Virus record (IMG/VR): IMGVR_UViG_3300050821_002847
Coordinates: 115 to 64,114 of that record
Strand: one strand, 5' to 3'
Length of the DNA stretch: 64,000 nucleotides
Source: a virus
Taxonomy: Duplodnaviria > Caudoviricetes
Shown here: positions 55,567-64,000 of the stretch, piece by piece
Position numbering within the stretch: position 1 is the stretch's first letter
Layout: the number at the start of each line of letters is the position of its first letter
The notes under the pieces: generated by a model
Databases searched by the model: none
Told to the model about the DNA's origin: nothing
The model's input: the letters and a program-made list of their open reading frames with translations, nothing else
Program-made: the position numbers and the translations under genes

Positions 55567-55802
55567 TGTGCTTCCTCCTGGCCCTGAATGGGCGTTATTT
55601 TGTCGCTAGTGGATATTGCCCAACCCTTGATCTCTTCCCCTGCCGTGAACTCCTGTACTAATTCGTACACGGCGATCTGCTCGTTCTGCTTCGACAAGCG
55701 CTTAGCTATCTTGAAAGCCGTCTCCCTATCTACTGATCCGCCAACTACTCTGTCCTGGCACATAATGCGAAATTTCAACGGTGCCTCCTCATGCCTCCAC
55801 AA
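55563..55802 (-). CDS. Hypothetical protein
   Basis: ATGA overlap with next gene; start uncertain. Confidence 0.5.
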   Translation of the reverse strand: MWRHEEAPLKFRIMCQDRVVGGSVDRETAFKIAKRLSKQNEQIAVYELVQEFTAGEEIKGWAISTSDKITPIQGQEEAQ

Positions 55803-55981
55803 GGGAGGCGATTGTGAATTTTACCGCTCTTGTAAACGCTTGATAATTCCTGTTCCGAAATCCCAACCATAGAAACAGACGATCAGAAGCAGCCAGACGG
55901 GTAGCAGAATACACACAAGGAATGCAGACCATCCATGCACTTCATAATCCTCGCCTTCCTCTATAACTCTACCGACGACGC

Positions 55982-57010
55982 TCACTTGGCCACCACCGTC
56001 TTACTCCTGCCGAGCTTCTGATCCATGGCCTCACGCCACTTCCGCAGATTGTCCCCCGCCCCGGCGCTCAGCGCGTCCAGCACCCGCAGGTATTCCGCGA
56101 ACGAATCGGTCCCGTCCTCCTTGGGCTCGAAGTACCCTCCCGGGAAGCGCTTCTCCAGTTCCTTGATCTTCTCGGGAGTCACACGAGGCTTGGCCGGAAA
56201 CATGATGCCCGTCTGCGGGTCCGGGTGCTTCTTATAGAAATACCTTACAGTAATATCATGCACAACCTGCTCGCTCATCTTCTTGGGGTCCTGCGGGTCC
56301 GGGACCATCACCGTGCGCGGGGTGGAATAGTCCTGCGCGTGGATAAGGTCGCCGACCCATGCACCGCACTGCGACGTAGCTTTCTTGCCTGCAATGGCAG
56401 GACCATATATGGTGCTGCGGTCCTCGTCCTCGGTCTTGGACTCCAGTGCGTCGTGCAGCACATAATGAAATGGCAGTGAGTTAAAGTTGGTCACGAGCCC
56501 ATAGAGGTGATTCTGTACGAAGCCAAAGTCTCCGCGAGTGTTCGAGCGGAACGACAGCGACATCGGCTGGCGTCTGCCGTCGGCGTCGGTGACCGTGACC
56601 TCCTGGGTCCACCCGCCGAGCTTCGAGCGGTCCTCGCCGCCCACGGATATCCCCGACGCAGGCAGGTAGCGCATGATGACCTGCGAGATGGAGGTCCAGC
56701 CTTCGATGGCCATGCCGCCGACCTCGTTCCAGTTCATCGTGCGGAAGTCCACCACCCCGTTTTTGTTCTCTGGCCAGTAGCCCTTGGAGATAAGCTGGAG
56801 GATCGGCATGGGCACGGTCGCGGAGTCGCAGCGATAGGCACGGATGATCCCGGCGTCGATCTCCGGCTGACAGGGCTTCCAGCCGCCGCCGTCGCAGGAC
56901 AACAGGAGCGTCGATTTTCCGGTGACTTCGTAGATGTAGCGAGAGAGCCATTTGACTTGAGAGGTCTTCCAGGAGCCCGTTCCGCCGTAGATGCAGCCGC
57001 TATCCGCCAT
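55982..57010 (-). CDS. Sak4-like AAA ATPase (ssDNA annealing)
   Basis: IYGGTGSWKT P-loop, AIEGWTS, YGPAIAGK. Confidence 0.75.
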   Translation of the reverse strand: MADSGCIYGGTGSWKTSQVKWLSRYIYEVTGKSTLLLSCDGGGWKPCQPEIDAGIIRAYRCDSATVPMPILQLISKGYWPENKNGVVDFRTMNWNEVGGMAIEGWTSISQVIMRYLPASGISVGGEDRSKLGGWTQEVTVTDADGRRQPMSLSFRSNTRGDFGFVQNHLYGLVTNFNSLPFHYVLHDALESKTEDEDRSTIYGPAIAGKKATSQCGAWVGDLIHAQDYSTPRTVMVPDPQDPKKMSEQVVHDITVRYFYKKHPDPQTGIMFPAKPRVTPEKIKELEKRFPGGYFEPKEDGTDSFAEYLRVLDALSAGAGDNLRKWREAMDQKLGRSKTVVAK

Positions 57011-57012
57011 CG

Positions 57013-57180
57013 CTAGGCCGCCTTCCCGTTGCGCTCTCGCCGTTCAACTTCACGCAGCGCCGCCAGCCGCAAGAACTCGCCGACCGACTGCTCCTCGGCG
57101 TAGGCGGCTCTAGCGATGCGCTCCATTTGCCGTTGCGTTACCCGTGTCGCGATTACCATTTTCTTGTGTAGCTTGCTCAT
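57013..57180 (-). CDS. Ribbon-helix-helix DNA-binding protein
   Basis: MVIATRVTQRQMERIARAAYAEEQSVGEFLRLAAL; ATGA overlap; missing from ORF track. Confidence 0.7.
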   Translation of the reverse strand: MSKLHKKMVIATRVTQRQMERIARAAYAEEQSVGEFLRLAALREVERRERNGKAA

Positions 57181-57446
57181 GGCGTGGATGTGTTTACACC
57201 TGTTGGCGGAGCGTTGTCAAGCGATTTATTCAAGAATCTTTCTAAACAAAAGCAACAGATTACCTTAGCGGCGTCTTGGTACGCTTCCCGGCTGGCTTCG
57301 CGGCGGATGCGCTCTTCACGCATGTTCGAAGGCTCTATTTCATCCGCAATGATGTCGAGCGCCTGCGCCACTAATTGCTCCCGTTCGTTGGTCCTGCCAC
57401 TGCGTAACTGCCTTGCTAAATCCCGAATTGCTTCGACTCCCTTCAT
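57177..57446 (-). CDS. Hypothetical protein
   Basis: ATG 57446 (ATGA overlap), AAGGAG RBS. Confidence 0.55.
   Translation of the reverse strand: MKGVEAIRDLARQLRSGRTNEREQLVAQALDIIADEIEPSNMREERIRREASREAYQDAAKVICCFCLERFLNKSLDNAPPTGVNTSTP
57191..57220 (-). promoter_or_regulatory. Candidate promoter for RHH/replication genes
   Basis: GCTTGACA, 18 nt, TAAACA, just before the RHH start. Confidence 0.45.
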
Positions 57447-58039
57447 TTGCTGTTCTCCTTGCTCAAGAGGGCACGCAATCGTTGTGCGTAGCATTCTTTG
57501 CTCTCCAGATAGCGGTAACCTGCTATAGCTCTCTCAATTAACGTAGCATCCCGCCGCTCCAACTCAGCTGTGTCGGGTCTGTATACCCACGTCCCATCGC
57601 AATTATCGAAGTGGGAACAGTTTCGTAAGCCAGCCTTATTGCAATCAAGGCAGATCGGACTAGCTCCAGTGACTTTAGGATGCCGCTCCAACTCCTCGCG
57701 TGCGGAGGCGGGGATGAGAACACTTCGCAAATGGTTGATGTAGTCTTGCTCCGTTTCAAAATCAACCGGCATCTCTCCCGATTTTTGGCAAGAGCAGGTT
57801 CCATACCAGCCTACGAGGTCAGTCCCGCAAAGCCGATGCTGCAAGAAGGTCGGTACCGCAGCATCCAGCGCCGCCGCTACGCGGGCGTCGAGTTCGGCTT
57901 GAATGAGCGGCAGAAACTCTCTGTCTACAGCCTTGTAGATGTACTCTATGGCGTCTGGCTGTAGCCCTTTAAGGGCGCAATCGTATTCCCTCCAAGCTAA
58001 CCTGTTTGCCAGCCGCTCTCGCAAGGTCTCGTCGGTCAT
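57443..58039 (-). CDS. Hypothetical Cys-containing protein
   Basis: GGAG RBS; 198 aa. Confidence 0.6.
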   Translation of the reverse strand: MTDETLRERLANRLAWREYDCALKGLQPDAIEYIYKAVDREFLPLIQAELDARVAAALDAAVPTFLQHRLCGTDLVGWYGTCSCQKSGEMPVDFETEQDYINHLRSVLIPASAREELERHPKVTGASPICLDCNKAGLRNCSHFDNCDGTWVYRPDTAELERRDATLIERAIAGYRYLESKECYAQRLRALLSKENSK

Positions 58040-58320
58040 TTCTTATTCTCCAATTTGCGAACATGGTAGCGATAGATCAACCAAGCAATGAAGCAGATCA
58101 CAAAGCCAATGCTCAGGTCGTCAAATAGCGCGTACAACGGCGGTAGCATCTGCGGCTCGCTCATCTCCTCAGCCTTTCTCGCGCTCGCGGTGTCCAACGT
58201 TCAATAATAGAGCTATCGCCTTTGCCAATGTCTCAGCTTTCCAGTAACGTGAATCGAACTTCGCAGCCCAGATGTGTTCTTGCTGGTCCACAACTTCCCA
58301 GAAGTGCTGAACAGGAACGG

Positions 58321-59952
58321 CTACGGATGATTTGGAGTCCTCTTTACAAACAGCCCACTCGCGAGCGGATCGCGGCGGATGTCTGCTCCGCCATAGCACA
58401 CGCCCACGAATTGACATTGCGACGGATAAATGCATGCGTGCCGATTCATGCTGAAATATCTATTTAGTAAACTCCGCCGCTCGCCTTCGTCCGCAGCAGC
58501 CTCGACCTCCGCAATGTGCTCGGCCACCTCGCGCTCCTGCCACTCAGTGGACTCCATCCAGTCGCGCAGGTCGTCATCATTGCGATACACGACCACCGGC
58601 GGGATGAACACAGCGTCGAGCGGATGCACGGCGGTGACCCCGAGCGCCTGGGCATCGCACTGGTATCCGAGCGCCCTCGGCTCCATGCCCACGGTAGAAT
58701 CCTCTCCAGACATCAAGGGCGCGGCGGAATCGAGCCGGTCGATCCACGCTTTGATCCCGCCGGGGCGCTCCCACACCGGGCGCGACTTCCAGTTCTGCCA
58801 CGCCAGGGACGACTCTCGCATGTCCTCGACGCGCGTGTAGTCCCACGACCAGCATACGTCGCCCACTGAGAACGCCTGCGAGCGCGCTGGGACCGAGACA
58901 GCTTCGTAGCAGCGGACGAGGTGAGATCGCTGCGAGCGGCAGTCCAGTTGCAGCCGCGCCGAGAGTTCCTTGTCCCGCCAGCGGTCGCCTTTGAGCATGT
59001 ATTCGTAGCGGATGGCGTGGATGCGCGGCGGGGCGGGCAGTGCTAATAGAAATTTAGCGATAGTCTCTGACGGACGCTGCTCAAACTCGCGGGATATTGT
59101 GAATGTAAATGGCTGCTTCTCTCGCTTGCACCATTGTAGATGCTCCCACCATTCGCCGAGCCGTCGCTCGATCTCCACCCCCTCACTCAAGCCCTGCATG
59201 TCGTGCTCGGCATCCCGCGCCTTGCGAATGTCCCACGACGCGGCGGTTTTGAACGACTGGAGGTAGAGTTGGTTTGAGGAGCGTTCGCGCAAGAGGGCGT
59301 CGGGGCGGGACATGAACCACAGTTGTGCACCTGTCTTGGTATTCCAGCCTCCAAATTCAGGACCAGAGCCGTTCGGCTGCATCCACTCGCTCAATAGCCA
59401 AGTCCCCTCGCGCTCGACCTCCAGCACCTCGAACTGCTCCAAGAGCGGGCGCAATCGCCGTCTACTGTATGCGCGTACCATCGCCTCCACAAGCGCACTC
59501 TGCTCCGCGACCAGATACGAATTGAACTGTTCCTGTGCGTGGCCGACCCTCTGTGCAAGCGAATCTATCCCCGCCTCCGCAGCGCTGAGCCCGAGCGACT
59601 CGGCGAGTTGCTCCGCCGTGGTCGCGCCCGCGATGGGCTGCATCTGCGACTGCTCGGTTGTGTCGAGTTCTAGGGCAGAGGAATGCTGAGAGAAGTCCGC
59701 GAGCGCGGCGGCGACGGCATTGTCCTCCAGTACATGTGACCAGTACAGCTTGCCAGAAGATTCGTCGTAGAGTCGTTGTCCCTCGCGCAGCAGTAACGCT
59801 AGGCCAACGTGAACGCTTCCTCCGACAGCCAAGGGCAAGGGCTTCGTGATTCCGTCGATGCCAGTGGAATCCTGATGGTAACGCAAGTACCGGAGGCGCT
59901 TACACCGGAGAGTGTCCTCCACACGCGAGCGATCAACGAACACTTTGCGCAT
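58321..59952 (-). CDS. PD-(D/E)xK exonuclease, Cas4/AddB-like with Fe-S cysteines
   Basis: CKR..Y, G.SVH, VEREG, RPDALL, QSFKT, C-terminal C..C.F..VC. Confidence 0.8.
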   Translation of the reverse strand: MRKVFVDRSRVEDTLRCKRLRYLRYHQDSTGIDGITKPLPLAVGGSVHVGLALLLREGQRLYDESSGKLYWSHVLEDNAVAAALADFSQHSSALELDTTEQSQMQPIAGATTAEQLAESLGLSAAEAGIDSLAQRVGHAQEQFNSYLVAEQSALVEAMVRAYSRRRLRPLLEQFEVLEVEREGTWLLSEWMQPNGSGPEFGGWNTKTGAQLWFMSRPDALLRERSSNQLYLQSFKTAASWDIRKARDAEHDMQGLSEGVEIERRLGEWWEHLQWCKREKQPFTFTISREFEQRPSETIAKFLLALPAPPRIHAIRYEYMLKGDRWRDKELSARLQLDCRSQRSHLVRCYEAVSVPARSQAFSVGDVCWSWDYTRVEDMRESSLAWQNWKSRPVWERPGGIKAWIDRLDSAAPLMSGEDSTVGMEPRALGYQCDAQALGVTAVHPLDAVFIPPVVVYRNDDDLRDWMESTEWQEREVAEHIAEVEAAADEGERRSLLNRYFSMNRHACIYPSQCQFVGVCYGGADIRRDPLASGLFVKRTPNHP

Positions 59953-60379
59953 CTGTCTGCTCCTCGAATGTCTCGGCGTAATATTCCTCCAGCGCCTTCC
60001 AGACGGCCTCTCCGCCTTCGTGCACCAGCAGGGAGAAGATGCGACTGGCGTTTAGAGACGAACCATCAAAGTAGCACTCGCCTTCGGGCAGCAAACTGCA
60101 ATTCATTTTGCTCTGACCCTCATAACGCGGCGTTCGAGAGTGGTAGCCTAAGTCGGCAGGCATCGGATTATCTAGTTTCTGTAAATGGATGGGCTTGCAT
60201 AACTTCTGCCAAGGCGTATTCGGCTCCGGGATGATATGTGGATACCATCCAGTAAACAAGACGAATTGCACCACGCCCTTTGGACCCTTCACATAAAAGC
60301 ACATTTCTACACAGTGTTGGCCATACTTAGGCCGTTTGTCGTAGGCCGGATGGATTTCAAGCTCACGTGTGAGAGACAT
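59933..60379 (-). CDS. Hypothetical phage protein
   Basis: PADLGYHS..P.YEGQ....C......CYFDGS motif. Confidence 0.65.
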   Translation of the reverse strand: MSLTRELEIHPAYDKRPKYGQHCVEMCFYVKGPKGVVQFVLFTGWYPHIIPEPNTPWQKLCKPIHLQKLDNPMPADLGYHSRTPRYEGQSKMNCSLLPEGECYFDGSSLNASRIFSLLVHEGGEAVWKALEEYYAETFEEQTDAQSVR

Positions 60380-60617
60380 TACCATCTCCCTTTGTCCACT
60401 GTGGCTCCTCCTTTGGGTCAACCTTCGTGCGCCGTCCGATAGTCTGTAGGACGCTAAAGTCCAGCACATCATCGAGGCCCACCCCCTCCGGCAGCGACGT
60501 GACCGGCACGGTGATGGCGTCCATGCCCACCCGCGCGCCCTCGAACCGGAGCGTCGCCCGGCGGAGCTTGTCGGTGTAGCGGTCCCCGGACTCGATCTGC
60601 ACGACGGTAGCTTTCAT
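60363..60617 (-). CDS. Hypothetical protein
   Basis: GAGGAG RBS, ATGA overlap. Confidence 0.6.
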   Translation of the reverse strand: MKATVVQIESGDRYTDKLRRATLRFEGARVGMDAITVPVTSLPEGVGLDDVLDFSVLQTIGRRTKVDPKEEPQWTKGDGNVSHT

Positions 60618-60823
60618 CGCTCGCTCCTCTCTTTGATATCCCTAAGCCAGAATATCTGCTTCTGTGTTACCCGACCCGGCGCGCGATTCTTCACGTCTCG
60701 AACGAAGCCGATCTCCTTGGCCGAGAACTGCGGCGCTCCGGGCCACACACCGGACTGCTCCAGCATCACGATAATGCGGTCAGCCTCGGCACGATAGTCC
60801 TCGTCGTCGTCCCAGAGCGTCAA
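60614..60823 (-). CDS. Hypothetical protein
   Basis: FSAKEIGFV...VTQKQIFWL. Confidence 0.6.
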   Translation of the reverse strand: MTLWDDDEDYRAEADRIIVMLEQSGVWPGAPQFSAKEIGFVRDVKNRAPGRVTQKQIFWLRDIKERSER

Positions 60824-61002
60824 GGAGTCCTCCTTTGCAATATTCTAAGCTCCAAATCCTCCCTGACCGAGATATCCAACTCCCGCCGCATCCGCCACAG
60901 GCAGGCGACGCCGGTGAACCCGTAGAGCAGGACGATCCACGCGCCCACCACCGCGCACGAGGCGAGGAAGAGGAAGCCGACGTATTGGAGGAGTTCGATC
61001 AT
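60820..61002 (-). CDS. Small membrane protein
   Basis: ATGA overlap; long hydrophobic segment. Confidence 0.55.
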   Translation of the reverse strand: MIELLQYVGFLFLASCAVVGAWIVLLYGFTGVACLWRMRRELDISVREDLELRILQRRTP

Positions 61003-61484
61003 CCCCATGTTCTATGCGATTCGGCGACATGCTCCATACCGTCGTACTCTTCGATCTCATAGTCAATGCCGTCTGGGATTTCTACGATCTCCAAATCCGC
61101 GCATTGCCCGCTGGCTCCGGTGCGGTGCCCTCCGCCTAGTTCTTCGACCACCTGAATTAGCTTGGGGTCGTCTCGCTTACTGGGTATGTTGTCCAAGGCG
61201 TGCTCTGCATACCGAAGGTTGTAGGTGCGGAATAAGCCATTCGCATCGCGTGTCATAGGTCCAATGACTTCTTCAGGGTTGGGTATATCAAAGGCGCTAA
61301 AGAATAACCTATCGGCCTGTGCCTGCGCGAGCGTTAAAGGTGTATACTTCGTCGCCGTTGGGTCGTTGGGATCGAACGACGATTTGAAAAAGTAGCACTC
61401 TCGCCCGTTCAACTCAGCTAACCGTTTCACCGCTCGGGGCGACAGCGAGAATCCACCGTAGCATTTATTGATAACGACTTTCAT
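60999..61484 (-). CDS. Conserved phage hypothetical protein
   Basis: MKVVINKCYGGFSLS...RDDPKLIQVVEELG...IEEYDG.EHV. Confidence 0.8.
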   Translation of the reverse strand: MKVVINKCYGGFSLSPRAVKRLAELNGRECYFFKSSFDPNDPTATKYTPLTLAQAQADRLFFSAFDIPNPEEVIGPMTRDANGLFRTYNLRYAEHALDNIPSKRDDPKLIQVVEELGGGHRTGASGQCADLEIVEIPDGIDYEIEEYDGMEHVAESHRTWG

Positions 61485-61681
61485 CGCCGTGACGCTTTCA
61501 CATCCACCCGCGCGATGTCCCCCACCCAGTACGCTGTCAGCGTCACATCGGGATGCACCTTCGCATCAGTGAGCAGAGACTCCAGCCGTCGGTCGATGCG
61601 GTCGGTTGAGGTATCGCGAAGCTCTGCGAGGGCGCTGCGGGCCGCGTCCAGCACGTCATCGTCGAGTCTAACCTTAGCCAT
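61481..61681 (-). CDS. Hypothetical protein
   Basis: GGAGG RBS, coupled overlaps. Confidence 0.6.
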   Translation of the reverse strand: MAKVRLDDDVLDAARSALAELRDTSTDRIDRRLESLLTDAKVHPDVTLTAYWVGDIARVDVKASRR

Positions 61682-61859
61682 GAGCAGCCTCCGCCTTTAG
61701 CTCTCTCCCACACCTCGGGCAGAACTTGTCTGCCGCCGCTAAGGGCCTATCACAATACGGGCAGGGCCTAACCTCTTCCAACTCCTCGCCGCAAGACCAG
61801 CAGTACTTGTCGTCGTCTAGGGCGTGACACCCATGATTTTTACTACAGTCCTTAGCCAT
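61674..61859 (-). CDS. Double zinc ribbon protein
   Basis: YCWSCG..CPYC....KFCPRCG. Confidence 0.75.
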   Translation of the reverse strand: MAKDCSKNHGCHALDDDKYCWSCGEELEEVRPCPYCDRPLAAADKFCPRCGRELKAEAAHG

Positions 61860-61878
61860 CCCACCACCTCCGATGCCA

Positions 61879-61908
61879 ACGCTACCATGCCCTGCCAGCC
61901 TTTGTCAA
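61879..61908 (-). promoter_or_regulatory. Sigma70-type leftward promoter
   Basis: TTGACA, 18 nt, TGG-TAGCGT; resembles the 3089-3117 promoter. Confidence 0.65.
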
Positions 61909-61932
61909 GCACTATTTCTAACTATTTTCAGC

Positions 61933-61978
61933 CTATCGCTAGACTGTCGCCAGCGCGGGATAGCCTATCCGCCGATAG
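61933..61978. promoter_or_regulatory. Candidate operator cluster
   Basis: CTATCGCTAG and CTGTCGCCAG in tandem plus GGATAG-C-CTATCC; same motif at 3121 and 3634. Confidence 0.5.
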
Positions 61979-62201
61979 CTCATAGAGTTCCGTGAAAATA
62001 GTTGAAGATTTTACTTGACAGATGACCCCCGGATGTCCGACATTCGACCTCGTAGCTGTGCCTTCCGTTTGGACGCGGAAACCTTAGGGGGAGGGGTCTA
62101 GCCGCCCCTCCCTGGCTTCCCGATCCTAGTAGGCACATCCCGGCTAGGGGGAGAGCTGTTTGTCCTGGCGCGTCCAAATCTCGTAAAAGAGAGGTACAGT
62201 T

Positions 62202-63074
62202 GTGTCCACATATCCAGCAATATCACCAGATCACCCAGAGTTCGACAAGCTCCAAGACCTCCGCGAACCACCTCCCAAGTCCCCCCAAGTAGAACGCCTC
62301 GAATCCTACACCGGCTTCTATGATCGCGCCCAGCGCCTGCTCTTTTGCAACAAGATGGGCCGCTACCTTAAATGCAAAAAAGGCCACCTGACCAAGCAAG
62401 TGTTCAGTTGCGGGCTAAGGTTCTGTCCTGTCTGCTCCATACACCTCGCCGATGAATACTTCAAGCGAACCCTGCCGGTCGCCAGAGCCATCCAGCGGCG
62501 TTGCATCGCGGCGAGGTCCAAGGTAGTCCTGCTGGCGTTCAGTGCGCCCTGCGAGCGCAACCAGGACGCCATGGAGGACCTGATCGTATCCATCAACAAG
62601 CGCCTTAGCGACGCGGACATCACCTGTCCCTATCACCTGCACTTCGCTGGGTTCCGATACGAGGATGGCAACGACAGAGCCATCGTGCTCATTCTGCTAG
62701 AGGGCACCGAATGGCACGACTGGAAAAAGATGTTCGCAGGCGATGAATGGGGCCTCGAATGTTGCCACTCGTACGCTCAGTCGCACCTTGTCCTGACGCT
62801 GCACGCGATGATGAAGCCTCTGCGCTACCTGAGCCCCATCGAGCGAGCCGATCACGAGGTCTTATTCGAGCGCTTCCACATGCGCCGGGCGTACAATATC
62901 CCAGAGCTTTCTGTAGAGGAGTTAGAACCTACAGATATCTCCCTCCATAAAGGATGTCCGAACTGCGGCGAACCGTGGGTTGAGGTATCCGAGCCCTTTC
63001 CGTTGTACCAATGTAAGCACATGCCGGACCCGAAAAACTTCCGATGGAATGCGAAGAGCCCCCCAAGCACGTAA
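62202..63074 (+). CDS. IS91/Rep-like Zn-binding protein with possible degenerate HUH domain
   Basis: C..GH....FSCGLRFCPVC, VVLLAFSAP (motif I-like), YHLH, LRYL, C-terminal CPNCG. Confidence 0.5.
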   Translation: MSTYPAISPDHPEFDKLQDLREPPPKSPQVERLESYTGFYDRAQRLLFCNKMGRYLKCKKGHLTKQVFSCGLRFCPVCSIHLADEYFKRTLPVARAIQRRCIAARSKVVLLAFSAPCERNQDAMEDLIVSINKRLSDADITCPYHLHFAGFRYEDGNDRAIVLILLEGTEWHDWKKMFAGDEWGLECCHSYAQSHLVLTLHAMMKPLRYLSPIERADHEVLFERFHMRRAYNIPELSVEELEPTDISLHKGCPNCGEPWVEVSEPFPLYQCKHMPDPKNFRWNAKSPPST

Positions 63075-63123
63075 TTATTACACGATTTTCCGTCAATTCA
63101 GGCCACCCGGCGCAGTCGCAAGG

Positions 63124-63324
63124 TCAGCGTGTGCCCTCAGCCTCAGCATACCGTGGCCGTGCTCCCTCTGGCACAACTGCCATGGCCTCACGGACGATAG
63201 AATTGTACTCTTCGGGATGCAACTCGCGCATTCGGTCCACGCAGGACTGAATGATGAATCGCCGCCGCTTGTTGACGTAGTAAGGCTTAGCCCTCTGCCC
63301 AGGCTTCGGCCCCGGCTTTGTCAC
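63124..63324 (-). CDS. Hypothetical protein
   Basis: GTG 63324 overlapping upstream TGA. Confidence 0.45.
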   Translation of the reverse strand: MTKPGPKPGQRAKPYYVNKRRRFIIQSCVDRMRELHPEEYNSIVREAMAVVPEGARPRYAEAEGTR

Positions 63325-63464
63325 GAGCCAATCCCGCCCAGCCCCAGCCACAGCACCACGAGGCTCCAGACCGCCGCCGCTACGCCGACCGCCGCGACGA
63401 GCACCAGCACGCGATCCGGGCGAGACAGGCATTGCCACGCGCGGAGGAGTTCGGAGCGGATCAT
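63321..63464 (-). CDS. Small membrane protein (47 aa)
   Basis: MIRSELL...VLVLVAAVGVAAAVWSLVVLWLGL; coupled overlaps. Confidence 0.5.
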   Translation of the reverse strand: MIRSELLRAWQCLSRPDRVLVLVAAVGVAAAVWSLVVLWLGLGGIGS

Positions 63465-63880
63465 TACTCACGCCCTTCGGCCTTGGCGATAGCGGCCTTG
63501 AGTAATGGTACAGAGCAATCTTTCCCATGCCAGTTGCGATCAGAGCTAGAGTGACAGCCGCAATACCTCTGTACCACATGCTTGCAAGCCTCTAGCAACT
63601 CCGGGGCTGCCGCGATCAGGTGGGCATTATCAGGATGAGTTAAGGCGACTACCTCATCCGGTGCGTCTCCGTCTGTTACGTTCAGATGGATCGAAGTCCA
63701 CTCACGCTCCGTGTCTACACCCTCACGAAGACAGTTTATTTGAGTCTCCATATCAGTGTCGTGCCCCATCGTACCTACTACCCATGGCCCCGGCGTGTGC
63801 TTAGAGATTAGTCCCAAATCCCCCGCAGTGACATTCCTTCGTGGCCGCTTCGATGTTGTGCGCTCTCTCGATTCGCTCAT
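63464..63880 (-). CDS. Phage hypothetical protein (HTPGPW...LIAAAPELLEA family)
   Basis: ATG 63880 after AAGGAG; characteristic motifs. Confidence 0.75.
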   Translation of the reverse strand: MSESRERTTSKRPRRNVTAGDLGLISKHTPGPWVVGTMGHDTDMETQINCLREGVDTEREWTSIHLNVTDGDAPDEVVALTHPDNAHLIAAAPELLEACKHVVQRYCGCHSSSDRNWHGKDCSVPLLKAAIAKAEGRE

Positions 63881-64000
63881 TGTGGTCTCACCCTCTCCTT
63901 GATGGCTTCGATATCCACTCGATTTTCCAGATACTCGAATAGCCGGTCTGTTGCCCCCGCCCACGCCCCCGCCCACGCCCACGCCCACGCCCACGCCCAC
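63877..64000 (-). CDS. C-terminal fragment of a Trp/Ala-repeat protein
   Basis: WAWAWAWAWAGAWAGATDRLFEYLENR...PQ*, TGA overlaps next ATG. Confidence 0.65.
   Translation of the reverse strand, partial: WAWAWAWAWAGAWAGATDRLFEYLENRVDIEAIKERVRPQ
63952..64000. repeat. GCCCAC/GCCCCC hexamer tandem repeat (coding)
   Basis: Directly visible; encodes WA/GA dipeptides on the minus strand. Confidence 0.85.

Larger units (their letters stand above)
1..64000. mobile_element. Near-complete tailed dsDNA bacteriophage genome (podovirus-like gene order)
   Basis: TerL, portal, capsid, tail, ejection, lysis and replication modules fill the window; no host housekeeping genes; no tape measure or sheath recognised. 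Confidence 0.95.

Noticed and set aside
63952-64000. GCCCAC tandem repeat as telomere-like end or Gly-Val repeat of ORF 63464..64000
   Set aside because: Another minus frame gives a Trp-Ala repeat ending in a TGA that overlaps the next ATG; the downstream gene has its own RBS and ATG at 63880
1-64000. CRISPR array, tRNA genes, DGR/reverse transcriptase, integrase
   Set aside because: No repeat-spacer array, cloverleaf, RT or recombinase motifs seen by eye; the Cas4-like genes lack any other cas context
1-64000. Stop-codon reassignment
   Set aside because: Genes end in TAA, TAG and TGA with coherent overlaps and high coding density under the standard code

Overview
This window is an almost complete, circularly permuted ~64 kb genome of a GC-rich tailed dsDNA phage with a podovirus-like layout. 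The gene cut at the left edge (1-337, minus) and the Trp/Ala-rich fragment at the right edge (63877-64000, minus) look like the two ends of one gene. The plus strand (3659-49511) carries terminase, portal, scaffold, major capsid, decoration and adaptor genes, a 9-gene glycosyltransferase/methyltransferase cassette, tail adaptor/nozzle, fibres, ejection proteins and lysis genes. The minus strand (49463-61859, 1-3041) carries a UDG-fused family A DNA polymerase, a Pif1-like helicase, an SSB-like protein, a Sak4-like ATPase, a Cas4/AddB-like exonuclease, an RHH regulator and many small genes. I recognised no integrase, primase, tRNA or CRISPR array. Top leads: (1) tail-fibre/depolymerase-like proteins with Sec signal peptides and strictly paired cysteines, suggesting periplasmic folding of virion appendages; (2) a PolA with catalytic aspartates intact but the steric-gate/minor-groove network co-substituted; (3) a shared ~30-aa N-terminal leader on the capsid and the next structural protein; (4) a probable virion glycosylation/methylation cassette; (5) an IS91/Rep-like Zn/HUH protein plus Pif1 helicase and no primase. 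All functional calls come from motif recognition by eye; no searches were run.
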